DNA of 63,848 nt, counting the filler, from Octopus bimaculoides (lineage: Eukaryota): the NCBI RefSeq assembly GCF_001194135.2. It is 5 parts of 4 records of this genome, joined end to end, with 100 filler letters (N's around TTAATTAATTAA, not from the genome) between each part and the next. Parts side by side here need not be neighbours in the genome. Positions count along the whole stretch, not along the records: positions 9,483 to 37,378 come from NC_068995.1; 4 more parts are not named here. One strand, given 5' to 3'. Position 1 is the first letter of the stretch, and every line of letters begins with the position of its first letter. The notes beneath the pieces are model-generated. The model searched no databases. It was not told the origin of the DNA and saw nothing but the letters and a program-made list of their open reading frames with translations. Positions 12,869-23,800 of the stretch are shown here, one piece after another. The translations under genes and the position numbers were made by a program.

Positions 12869-12942
12869 TTCCCTGAAGAGACGATTACATTGACACCATT
12901 TTATTCCTTTGGAATAATACCAATGTTGTCTTTGAAACATGT
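12869..12942 (+). ncRNA. Hammerhead motif in the inverted pLTR at the 5' truncation of PLE copy A
   Basis: ttcc-CTGAAGA-gacgattacattg...ttattcc ttt ggaataa...caatgttgtcttt-GAAA-catgt, then an assembly gap. It is an inverted copy of 11074-11156. Confidence 0.7.
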
Positions 12943-13544
12943 NNNNNNNNNNNNNNNNNNNNNNNNNNNNNNNNNNNNNNNNNNNNNNNNNNNNNNNNNN
13001 NNNNNNNNNNNNNNNNNNNNNNNNNNNNNNNNNNNNNNNNNNCCCCCCCACCAATACCGGAAATCTCTTTCTCTTACTGGACATCCATTTACCCTTCCTC
13101 TCTCACCTCTTATATTGGTAATCTTGCCACCCTCTCTTTCTCCCCACCATCTCTGGACTAACTAAATCAGATAGCACCCGACTTATCCTCTTTTCTCTTT
13201 CTTTTTCTTTTTTGACATTTATATCTGCAGCATCAGTAATGCTTACACTCAGAAAACTCATAACGCTTATATTTCCAACGCCCCAAACACTTTCATATGC
13301 AATACTTCCTCACCCCCACCCCCCAGTAGAGGCAACAACCTTAACAGTTCTAACATATTTGAATGACATTACCCCCTCAGCATAGACAAGCTATTAGTGA
13401 CTTTAGACTTGAGGCCAGATGGATGTCAAAAAGCAGACCAATCTGGAAAAGAAGGACTTGGAAGCTGAAGAACCCTTAACATGGTCAGAGATTTAGGGTT
13501 ATCCTTACATAGAAATTTGATGAAAGGCAGGAGGCGCTACAGTC

Positions 13545-14830
13545 ATGTGACATGGAAGGCAGCTGGGAATTCCTGCGAGACAGCTTGCTGAGTGCCACAG
13601 ACCAAATCTATGGTTGGTGCAAAGTCCCTTCCAGACCTAGAGTAACATGGTGGTGGAACAATACTGTAGACAGGGCCATTAAAGCAAAAAAACAGGCTTG
13701 GAAAGCCTGGTAGAGTGGGGGAACCTCTGTACTTGGCTTTTGTTGTCTTGGAGAAAGCCTTTGACAGGGTACCCCAATCCCTTATCTGGTGGTCAATGTG
13801 GAAACTGGGGATAGATGAGTGGTTGGTAAGAGCTGTACAAGCCCAGTACAGGGATGCTGTCAGTAAGGTGAGGGTTAGCAATGAGTATAGTGAAGAATTT
13901 TGAGTAGAAGTAGGGGTTCAAGAAGGATCAGTCCTCAGCCCCCTCTTATTCATTATAGTCCTCCAGGCAATAACAGAGGAATTCAAGACAGGATGCCCCT
14001 GGGAGCTCCTCTATGCTGATGACCTTGCTCTAATTGCCGAGTGACTGCCAGAACTAGAGACGGAGTTTAGGGTGAGGAAGCAAGGTCTAGAATCGAAGGG
14101 CCTTGTAAAAACCAAAGTCTTAGTAAGAAAGAAGGCTGACAAATCACAAACCCCTTCAGGTAGTTGTCCCTGCTCGATTTGTAGAAAAGGCATGGGTAGA
14201 AACTCCATACAATGTACCCGGTGTAAGCTATGGACACATGAAATGTGCAGCAATATCAAAGGAAGGTTAACCAGGAAAATAATTTTTGTGTGTGGCAGAG
14301 GCACAGGAGCAATAAACACTGAAGATGTACAGAAAACAGATTCCATCACGTGCCAAGGGGAGAAACTAGTACTAGTTAATAGCTTCCGTTACCTAGGCGA
14401 CCAAGTCTGTAGCTGGGGTGGTTGCACTGTGAGTGTAGTGGCTAGAATAAGAATAGCCTGGTCAAAGTTCAGGGAGCTCCTACCTCTGCTGGCAACTAAG
14501 GGCCTCTCACTCATGATGAAATGTAGACTATGATGCATATGTGTGACCTGCCATGCTACACAGCAGTGAAACATGGTCCATGACTGCTGAGGTCATGCGT
14601 AGGCTTGAATGAAATGAAGCTAGTATGATCCACTGATTGTGTAATGTTAGTGTCCACACACGAAAGAGTGTCAGTGCCCTGAGAGAAAAGTTGGACATAA
14701 GCATGAAATGTGGTGTGTGAGAGAGATGACTGCACTGGTATTGTCATGTGCTGCATATGGATAAGGACAGCTGTGTGAGGAAGTGCCCCTCCCTAACTGT
14801 GGAAGGAACCTGGGGAAGAGGTAGACACCC
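13545..14830 (+). mobile_element. RTE-clade LINE fragment (post-endonuclease region fused to the RT C-terminal half; decayed)
   Basis: WWNNTVDRAIKAKKQAWKAW joins directly to LYLAFVVLEKAFDRVP, then GSVLSPLLFIIVLQAITEEFKTGCPWELLYADDL, a CSIC/CTRC/C zinc cluster and FRYLGD. Confidence 0.88.
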
Positions 14831-14879
14831 CCATGATGCATTGTGTTTGAGAAGACATGCTGAGTGAAGTAAAACCAGT

Positions 14880-15270
14880 ATCGTAGCAATGGACAGTGTG
14901 CCCTGACTGGCTCCTGTGCTGGTGACGCATAAAAAGCAGCATCTGTACGTAGCAGATGCAAGTATCTGCTGACCTTTCATAACGCCAGCAACTTCAAGAG
15001 TGTAGTGGGTGCTTTTTAAGTGCTACCAGCACAGGAACCAGTCAGGTGGGCCTGGCATCGATTTCGTTATGAAGGACATCCAGCTGTAGAAANNNNNNNN
15101 NNAACCAGTCAGGTGGGCCTGGCATCGATTTCGTTATGAAGGACATCCAGCTGTAGAAACATTGTCAGATCAGATTGGAGCCTGGTGCAGCCGCTGGCTC
15201 TCCAGACCATGGTCAAACTGTCTAACCCATGGCAGCATGAAAAACGGATGTTAAACAATGATGATGATAT
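14880..15270 (+). repeat. RTE-related 3' tail/SINE ending in (ATG)n
   Basis: The ...aggacatccagctgtagaaac...catggcagcatgaaaaacggatgttaaacaatgatgatgat tail recurs in reverse at 31100, 42180 and 43500. Confidence 0.6.
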
Positions 15271-15291
15271 TCCATATATATATATGCATAC

Positions 15292-15326
<35 letters not shown>

Positions 15327-15761
15327 CAAAGAGAAAACTTTCTTGGAAATGGATGTGTGGCATTCAATCATATAATAATATAAATAATATATAAATATAT
15401 ATGCATACACACACATACATATATTTGTATATGCATGCATATATGGGCACAGGGCTCCAACGACCGTAAACAACATGAAATAAACATAAAATACGCAAAC
15501 ATGAAATACGAAATACGACAACATGGAATACAAACGTTTTTTGGGAACAACGAAAGAAACAAACGGAAAACGAGACAAGCAACACAAAAAAACGACTCCT
15601 TATCAGTTGTTGGCTGTTTTTCTACTTTGTACTTTAAGCATTTCACAACAAGATACATTTTCAGCATAACAGTTGCTCTCGCAAAGCAAATTAAATAAAA
15701 TTTGGGATTGTTTTTATTACCAGTTTTGACCCTCCGCGAAATTCCAAATTTTATTGGAGTC

Positions 15762-16140
15762 GCCACTATGAAAGGTTGCTCAATAAAGAGAATGAATGGG
15801 AGAAAGAGAGCCTGCTGCATGTCGACCCAACAGAGGGACTAGCTATCCGAATTGACAGTACGTTGGTAGATAAAGCAATTAGGAGTATGAAGACAGGGAA
15901 AGCCTCCGGCCAATCAGGACTCACCGCAGAGATGCTCAAAATATCTGGCAGTGTTAGTTATAGCCTAGTCACCTGTATAGTGAACCAGGTGATACATGAA
16001 GGAGTCATACCCAATGACTGGTGTAGCAGCACCATAGTCAACTGCTACAAAGGTAAAGGTGACGCTTTAGATACAAATAATTACAGAGGTATCAAGTTGT
16101 TCGATCAGGTAATGAAGGCCACGGAGAGGGTCATAGCCCA
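15762..16140 (+). mobile_element. RTE LINE fragment (endonuclease-RT linker and RT N-terminus)
   Basis: RHYERLLNKENEWEKES...KAIRSMKTGKASGQSGLTAEMLK...IPNDW...YKGKGDALDTNNYRGIKL. Confidence 0.85.
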
Positions 16141-16759
16141 GGTAAGAGAGACAAATGCGCACACAAACACACACGCACACACACCTGTGTGTGTGTGTGT
16201 CTACATATATGTATATGTATATGTGTGTGTGTGTATACAACCTTCAAGAAAGTAAGTCATGTATACATATCAGTACATAAACAGTACATATCAGTACATA
16301 AACATTTGTTCACATGTACATACACATGTACACAGACACGTCTACACACCTGATTACTCATGTACATCCATAAGCACATCCGTGCATACTTACATACATA
16401 CATGCATAAGCATGTACACAGATGCATATGCACACACATATACATACATGCATACATACATACGTACATATATATCATGAACTAACTGTTACTTACTCAG
16501 ATGCAGCATGGAATTTTGTCAGTGAACAGGTTGCCGTCTCAAAGCACCGAAAATATTTTGGCAAATTAAATTTAAATGTTGAAGTGAATCTAACGATTTT
16601 TGTGTGTTTTTTTGTGTTTCTTGAATGGCTTATAAACACCTTCCACGCTGCAATTGTTTTCGTTCCATCACACGATCTCAGATCAGGTCACTTGCTATGC
16701 AAGTACATCTCTGTAATATATATATATACACTTATATATATATATATATATACTTATAT

Positions 16760-17599
16760 AAAATCAAAAAAGGATAAAATCTTTTACAAGAATTTTATCA
16801 GGAAGCTAGTGTACAAAAAAATTTGTAAGGGAAATTTCTATTCCCAAGAATATACTTATTTGTTTATATATATATAAAGGGCATTACTACAGAATAATAC
16901 CACACACTAGACTTCCCAAGTAAACACATTTTAGTACCGAATGCGAGGAAAACGACTTTTGAAAGAAACCAACATTTAAAAAAAAATAAACTCAACTATG
17001 TATCGACCGATTTCACGATTACCAGAATGTCAGCATAGTATAGTATCAACATATACAAATGAACAGAATTCTTACCTTACCAAAACGAACACGCATGTAT
17101 CCGGCCCGGCAATGGGAATGATGTTTATCCACATACATCGGTAAAAAAGCGGGAATCTTTCTGAGTTGTTCTCAGTACTCGTGTAAAAGACCGGAATAAA
17201 ATTCAGCATTGAATATATTCCGGATATATATTTTTGGTTAATAAAATCAAAAAAAGATAAAATCTTTTACAAGAATTTTATCAGGAGGCTAGTGTGCAAA
17301 AAAATTCGTAAGGGAAATTTCTATTCCCAAGAATATACTTATTCGTTTATATATATATAAAGGGCATTACTACAGAATAATGCCACTCACTAGACATAAA
17401 CACATTTTAGTACCAAATGCGAGGAAAACAACTTTTGAAAGAAACTAACATTTAAAAAAAAATAAACTCAACTATGTATCGACTGATTTCACGATTACCA
17501 GAATGAAATCTAGTTTCTGTTTGTCAGCATAGTATAGTATCAACATATACAAATAAACAGAATTCTCACCTTACCAAAATGAATACGCATGTATCCGGC
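16760..17599. repeat. Tandem duplication (unit of about 480 bp, second copy partial)
   Basis: 16760-17104 is repeated at 17242-17599 with a few substitutions and indels. Confidence 0.9.
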
Positions 17600-17649
17600 A
17601 CTGAGATTCTCTGTTTCGATCACAACATTTTTGTTTAAATCTCACTTGA

Positions 17650-17890
17650 ATCTTGCATGTGTCCTGGCCTCCTCAAAGCTTACACTCCATACTTTTGCTC
17701 ACCATCCAGCTTGATCCGAAGCAAGGGGTTCTGAGGCCATTGGATCCATTCCAAGTGACTTCATGGTAGTCCTTATGCTCTCCTTAAACCTGTTTTTGTG
17801 TTTACACCAGTTGCGTTTGACTTTGCAAGCTCGCCATAATACAGATCTTTGGGTGTGCATTTATCTGCCATTCAAACAATATGGCCAGAC
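17650..17890 (-). mobile_element. RTE/BovB-like LINE 3' ORF fragment
   Basis: Minus strand gives MRWSGHIV*MADKCTPKDLYYGELAK, like the LRWAGHVVRM..R.PK.L.YGEL consensus. Confidence 0.65.
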
Positions 17891-18311
17891 CATCTCATTT
17901 GATTTTTCATATATACACATTCTCTTATTCTTTTACTTGTTTCAGTCATTTGACTGTGGTCATGATAGAATACCTCCTTTAGTTGAACAAATCGACCCTA
18001 GGACCTATTCTTTGTAAGCCTAGTACTTATTCTATCGGTCTCTTTTGCTGAAGCACTAGGTTATGGGGATGTAAACAACCAACATCAGTTGTCAAGCGAT
18101 TGTGGGGGGACAAATACACAAGCACAAATACACACGCACACGTGCTTCTTTCAGTTTCTGGCTACCAAATCCACTTATAAGAAGACTCTTGCTCAAGTTG
18201 CTGTGCAGTGGGATTGAACCTGGAACCATGTGGTTGGGAAGCAAGGTTCTTATCACACAGCCACTCCTGCACCTATACACAGCCAGTCCTGTCCCTATAT
18301 ATATGTATATA

Positions 18312-18368
<57 letters not shown>

Positions 18369-18370
18369 AT

Positions 18371-18740
18371 TTTTGCTAGTTTATTTTGTCTCTCTGTCTT
18401 CTCTCCTGGTCCTGTATGAACATTTAATGTGGTTTTAGAGTCAAGATTTGGCTGCTATATCTAGCATGGTGGTATCTTTTAGATACCCTTAATTATAATT
18501 TTAATAATAATTACTACCTATGAGGTTTTTATTCCCATGCTAGCCCCTTGATATGAATAGTATTTTAAATAACGATCTTATCCTTATTTATATAAATTTA
18601 TATATTTACTTCGACATTATATTCACTGCATTGGTATTTTGATCAAATCGCACAAGGAGTTTAGGTGGCTAATTTAAACTGGTTGTGTGCATACGTGCAT
18701 ATATTTGTATGTATACATGCGTATATGTAAGTATTCGTAT

Positions 18741-18775
<35 letters not shown>

Positions 18776-18958
18776 ATTTATGTACTATTTTGCTAGTATT
18801 CCACTGATGAAGCAAAGCATTTCTTATGCAAAGCCAGAAATCTGGGATCTGGAATTATCCAACAATTTTGTCTCTTTGTCTTCTCTCCTGGTGCTGTATG
18901 AACATTTAATGTGGTTTTAGAGTCAAGTTTTGGCTGCTATATCTAGCATGGTGCTATC
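18371..18958 (+). repeat. Direct repeat pair; the second copy contains an HHR that the first lacks
   Basis: 18371-18476 matches 18788-18958 except for an extra segment of about 65 nt containing the HHR. Confidence 0.85.
18798..18855 (+). ncRNA. Type I hammerhead motif with imperfect stem II
   Basis: attcca-CTGATGA-(agcaaagcat ttctt atgcaaagcca)-GAAA-tc tgg gaTC-tggaat. Stem I is 6 bp, stem III is 3 bp, the triplet is AUC, and the base of stem II is unpaired. Confidence 0.6.
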
Positions 18959-19059
18959 ACCCCCCCACACATATATGTTATATGTGTATATATTTATGTT
19001 ATATGTATATGTATATATATAGGTTATATGTATATGTGTATATATTATATGTATATGTG

Positions 19060-19094
<35 letters not shown>

Positions 19095-19099
<5 letters not shown>

Positions 19100-19235
19100 C
19101 TGAACATAAGAAGCGTCAGTAGTGGTGTGCAAGAGAGACGATTGCGCTGGTTTGGACATGTGGTGAGAATGAATGAGGATAGCTGCGTGAAAAAAGTGCC
19201 ACTCCCTAACAGTTGAGGGAACCCGTGGAAGAGGT
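19095..19235 (+). mobile_element. RTE LINE C-terminal fragment
   Basis: KLNIRSVSSGVQERRLRWFGHVVRMNEDSCVKK, cut off by a gap. Confidence 0.75.
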
Positions 19236-20103
19236 ANNNNNNNNNNNNNNNNNNNNNNNNNNNNNNNNNNNNNNNNNNNNNNNNNNNNNNNNNNNNNNNN
19301 NNNNNNNNNNNNNNNNNNNNNNNNNNNNNNNNNNNNNNNNNNNNNNNNNNNNNNNNNNNNNNNNNNNNNNNNNNNNNNNNNNNNNNNNNNNNNNNNNNNN
19401 NNNNNNNNNNNNNNNNNNNNNNNNNNNNNNNNNNNNNNNNNNNNNNNNNNNNNNNNNNNNNNNNNNNNNNNNNNNNNNNNNNNNNNNNNNNNNNNNNNNN
19501 NNNNNNNNNNNNNNNNNNNNNNNNNNNNNNNNNNNNNNNNNNNNNNNNNNNNNNNNNNNNNNNNNNNNNNNNNNNNNNNNNNNNNNNNNNNNNNNNNNNN
19601 NNNNNNNNNNNNNNNNNNNNNNNNNNNNNNNNNNNNNNNNNNNNNNNNNNNNNNNNNNNNNNNNNNNNNNNNNNNNNNNNNNNNNNNNNNNNNNNNNNNN
19701 NNNNNNNNNNNNNNNNNNNNNNNNNNNNNNNNNNNNNNNNNNNNNNNNNNNNNNNNNNNNNNNNNNNNNNNNNNNNNNNNNNNNNNNNNNNNNNNNNNNN
19801 NNNNNNNNNNNNNNNNNNNNNNNNNNNNNNNNNNNNNNNNNNNNNNNNNNNNNNNNNNNNNNNNNNNNNNNNNNNNNNNNNNNNNNNNNNNNNNNNNNNN
19901 NNNNNNNNNNNNNNNNNNNNNNNNNNNNNNNNNNNNNNNNNNNNNNNNNNNNNNNNNNNNNNNNNNNNNNNNNNNNNNNNNNNNNNNNNNNNNNNNNNNN
20001 NNNNNNNAGCACAGGTGTCTATGACAGACTATGTTATTTTGCCAACCTGGTTTACATATAGAAGTACAAATTACATAAGGAATTAGAGGATGAACAGAAG
20101 TTT

Positions 20104-20232
20104 AATCTTACAGTTGTTTCGGCCTAGTTTTAGCATGCCCCATTCTATCCGAATATTTCTTGCTGGAGTGATTATCGGATGACATGTTGAAATGGGGTTA
20201 CATGCCCGAACCGCTAGGCCTCTTCAGAGATT
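20104..20232 (-). ncRNA. Type I hammerhead ribozyme with intact core and long stem II
   Basis: Minus strand reads aatct-CTGAAGA-GGCCTAG...CTAGGCC-GAAA-c aact GTA-agatt. Stem II continues as gcatg/catgc, ccccatt/aatgggg and tccga/tcgga helices. Confidence 0.85.
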
Positions 20233-20842
20233 CACAAAGGGTTTCATACAAATGTAGAGCAAGAGGTAAAAACAGAGGTGTGGTAGAGACCAGAAGAAAA
20301 ACAACAGCAAAAATAAGGTAGAAATAAAAATAAAAAATAGAATTAAAGTCAAAATAAAAATAAAAATAAGACTACAGCAGGAAAAAAATAATAATAAAGA
20401 ACACATATATGAAAAATGAAGGTATAGCATGTGGGACATGTAAAAATATATAAAAACGATATATGTAAAAAAAACCTTAAGAATACAAGGCACACAAAGA
20501 GCCTACAAACATTATAAATAGGTAGCTATAGACACTCCAATGCATATGTATATGTGTGGGTTCGTGCGTATAACCTTACTCGGATGTCCCCTTACTCCCA
20601 TGTGTGTATATACAAGTATTTATAAACATATACGTTGTTTGTGGCATCAGCGTTATTAGCCGTATCTAGAAAGCTGTAAGTGTTTTTTAGAAAGGAAGTT
20701 TTGTTGAGTGTGTGTGTGTCATTTCTATATATTTTGGAAGGTTCTATGTAGAAGTTCATTTTACACAAGTTATTAATGTTCCAGTAGCAATAACAGTGAT
20801 GATGACGATGATGATGATAACAACAACAACAACAACAATAAT

Positions 20843-23800
20843 AATGTAATTTTAGCGGCCCGTAAATCTATCATTAAATTTAACAACAAACTTTGGATCT
20901 GTAAGGATACTCCGGATGCTTTTGATGTTCCTATGGGAAGTTCGGACTCAGCTCAAATAGCCGATGTGGTCTGTTCGTATGTATTATATGAAATGGCAGA
21001 CCAGTTCCCTAATATTAAGGAAGGTCTTTATAGGGACGATTGTCTCCTATACCTCCATAAGGCCTCTGCCCAGGGTATACAAAAAGTTAAAAATAGATAA
21101 GCCAGATTCTTCAAAAGAATGGGCTTTGGCATTGTTTTTGAGGATGAGGTCTCTGTGGCAAACTTTCTGGACGTTACCTTAGATTTACTCAATACTCATT
21201 TCCCATTCCATAAGCCTTCAACTAATCTCAAGTACATAAGCCCCTTTAGTAACCATCCAAGACATATAACCAGTAATTTAGTTAGGAATATCTCAATTAG
21301 GCTTCCCAAACTTTCTTCTAACTCCCAAATCTTCAGTAAGGAGGCTGACTTCTATAATTCAGCTTTATTAAGGGCTGGCTATAAGGAAAAGGTAGTGTAC
21401 ATTAACTCTTCTAGTGATCTTTCCCCTCCTACACAGCATGATACCCCCTTTATTAGCGTAGATGAACCCATGTCTATTCCTTCCCATTCTTCTCACTTTA
21501 CTGAGAAAGTGGGTCATCCTCTTAACTCACATAAGAGAAGTGCCCTAACTGGTCCCAAATACTTCAAGAAATTAAAAAATCCTTGCATGTTTAACCACTC
21601 TAATACTACATCTAGATCTGTTGATAATAATAAGAATATCTGGCTCATCCTCTCGTTTGGGAAGCAGGTCAAATCAGATTTGGTCCGACAGTTCCGAGAC
21701 GCGGTGAGTAGGAATTTCCCTAAAGGCTCCCACTATTACCCAATTGTCAACTCGCATAAGGTTAGATTTGGATTTTCGAACACCAAAAATTTGTTACAGA
21801 TCATATCTTCCCACAATCTCAGGTTTTTGGATTCATCTATAGATGGCCATCCTAATCATAACCATAATATTAGTAATGTTCAAACCTGTAGCAATAATAA
21901 TTACTCCAACAATTTAACCCACACAAATAATGACATTAATCAGTTAGATATTGGTATAGGTAGTATGCCCAATATTGGGGATCACATAAATATCTGTAAC
22001 AATAATAAGATTAGCAATAAGATTAGCATCTCGGAATTAAATCCTAATAGAATCAGGTTTTTGAGTGCGAACTCAAGGACCAAAAATGTAGTCTATCAAT
22101 GCAAGGTAACTTCTAACACTGATGTTGCATACTATGTAGGTAGCTCATCGACACAGGTATCCAAGAGAATCTCGAATCATTATTTGTTGTTTAGAGATAG
22201 AAATAAAGCTAGCACTACTGGCCTAAGTAAATTTATTTGGGAACTGAAGGATTGCAATAAGCAATTCTCTTTGGAATGGTCCATACTGGCCACCTCAGTT
22301 CCCTATGACAAGGGGAGGGAATTCTGCCCTCTTTGTAACTTCGAGCTTTTTTATATCCTGTTCTCCAAGAATTGCCTATTTAACCAAATCACTCAGAGGG
22401 CGTACCGCTGTCAGCACTTGAAGAAACATACCTTCTTTTATTACCGTTAGCTCCATCATTCCTACTAGGTTAGGTTCCAAGCAGTATTTTTATTATAGTT
22501 ATTATCATTAATTAAAAAAATTTTTTTTTTAACTAATATCTTATGAATAATTTCCACTTCTTCCACCACAACTTGCCTTTTCCCCTTCTATAGTTGATAA
22601 ATTTTTTCCTTCCCAGTAATTACAGCTAAGGCTACCTTGTATCACCAGCTGCTTTGCCCTAGATCTCCTTATTAGCATGTATATTGTTATTATTATTATT
22701 ATTTCTCAGCGAACACCCTGTACTTCGGTTTTACACTGATTAGCGCTAACATAAGTATACTAATCAATATATAACAGAGTAATGGTATTTCTTTTATCAT
22801 GTTTATGCTCTTCGCTTCAAATCAGTATGTTATTAATCTTAATATTATTAATCTTAATATAATCTTAAACAAAACACGTGTGTGTATTTGGGTACATATA
22901 TGCATACGTGTGTTTGTGAGGGTGGGCGTGTGTGGGTGTGTGAATGGGTGCATGTGTGTGTGTGAGTATGTATATGTGTGTGTATATATATACATACATA
23001 CAAGTGTGTATATATATACAAATGTGTGTGCCAGCATGTATGTGCATGCGTGCATATATAGGTGTGTGCATGTGTGGTTGTTTGCACGTTTGTATATATA
23101 CAGGAATGTATGTATATAAACAGGCAAGCAAGTAAAGGTGCGCGCGTGTGCATATGTATATGTGAAGGCTTCGGTATGGGTGTGTATGTGTTTGACTCTA
23201 TGTGTGTGAATGGGTATGTATACATAAGTATATGTACATATGTATATGTATGTGTGCACATGTATGAGCACGGGGCGTGTGTATGTGTGTATATGGGTGC
23301 AGGTGCGTATGTGTATGTATATATATATATATGTAGGTGTATATACATATATGCATGCATGTATGCGTATGTATGTATGTGCGTGTGTGGGTATTTGCAT
23401 GTTTGTATATATACAGGAATGTAGGTATATATACAGGCACGTATGTATAGGTGAACGTGTATGTACATATGTATATGTGAAGGTTTCTGTATGGGTGTGT
23501 GTGTGTATGTGTGTGTATGCGTATATATACATGGGTGTACGTATATGTGCATGTGCGTACACACACGTGTTTGTACATATGTGTGGGCGCGCCAGCACAC
23601 ACATATGTAAGCATTCACTATACTTATCTCCCCATATTCAAGTAACTCTTTGGCCTCAACCTTTAGCATCACGTCAAAAACACCCTCCCTTTATATTTCT
23701 ATGTAAACTAGTGTTCTTATTCCTAAAGCCCATGGAACAATATCGTTGACCCCGTTATATCTCTATGTAAACAAACCTTCTAACGGTCACTGACCATGTA

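Noticed and set aside
15040-15160. Direct repeats straddling gaps of about 10 N (also about 4880-4930 and 50143-50210)
   Set aside because: These are unmerged contig overlaps.
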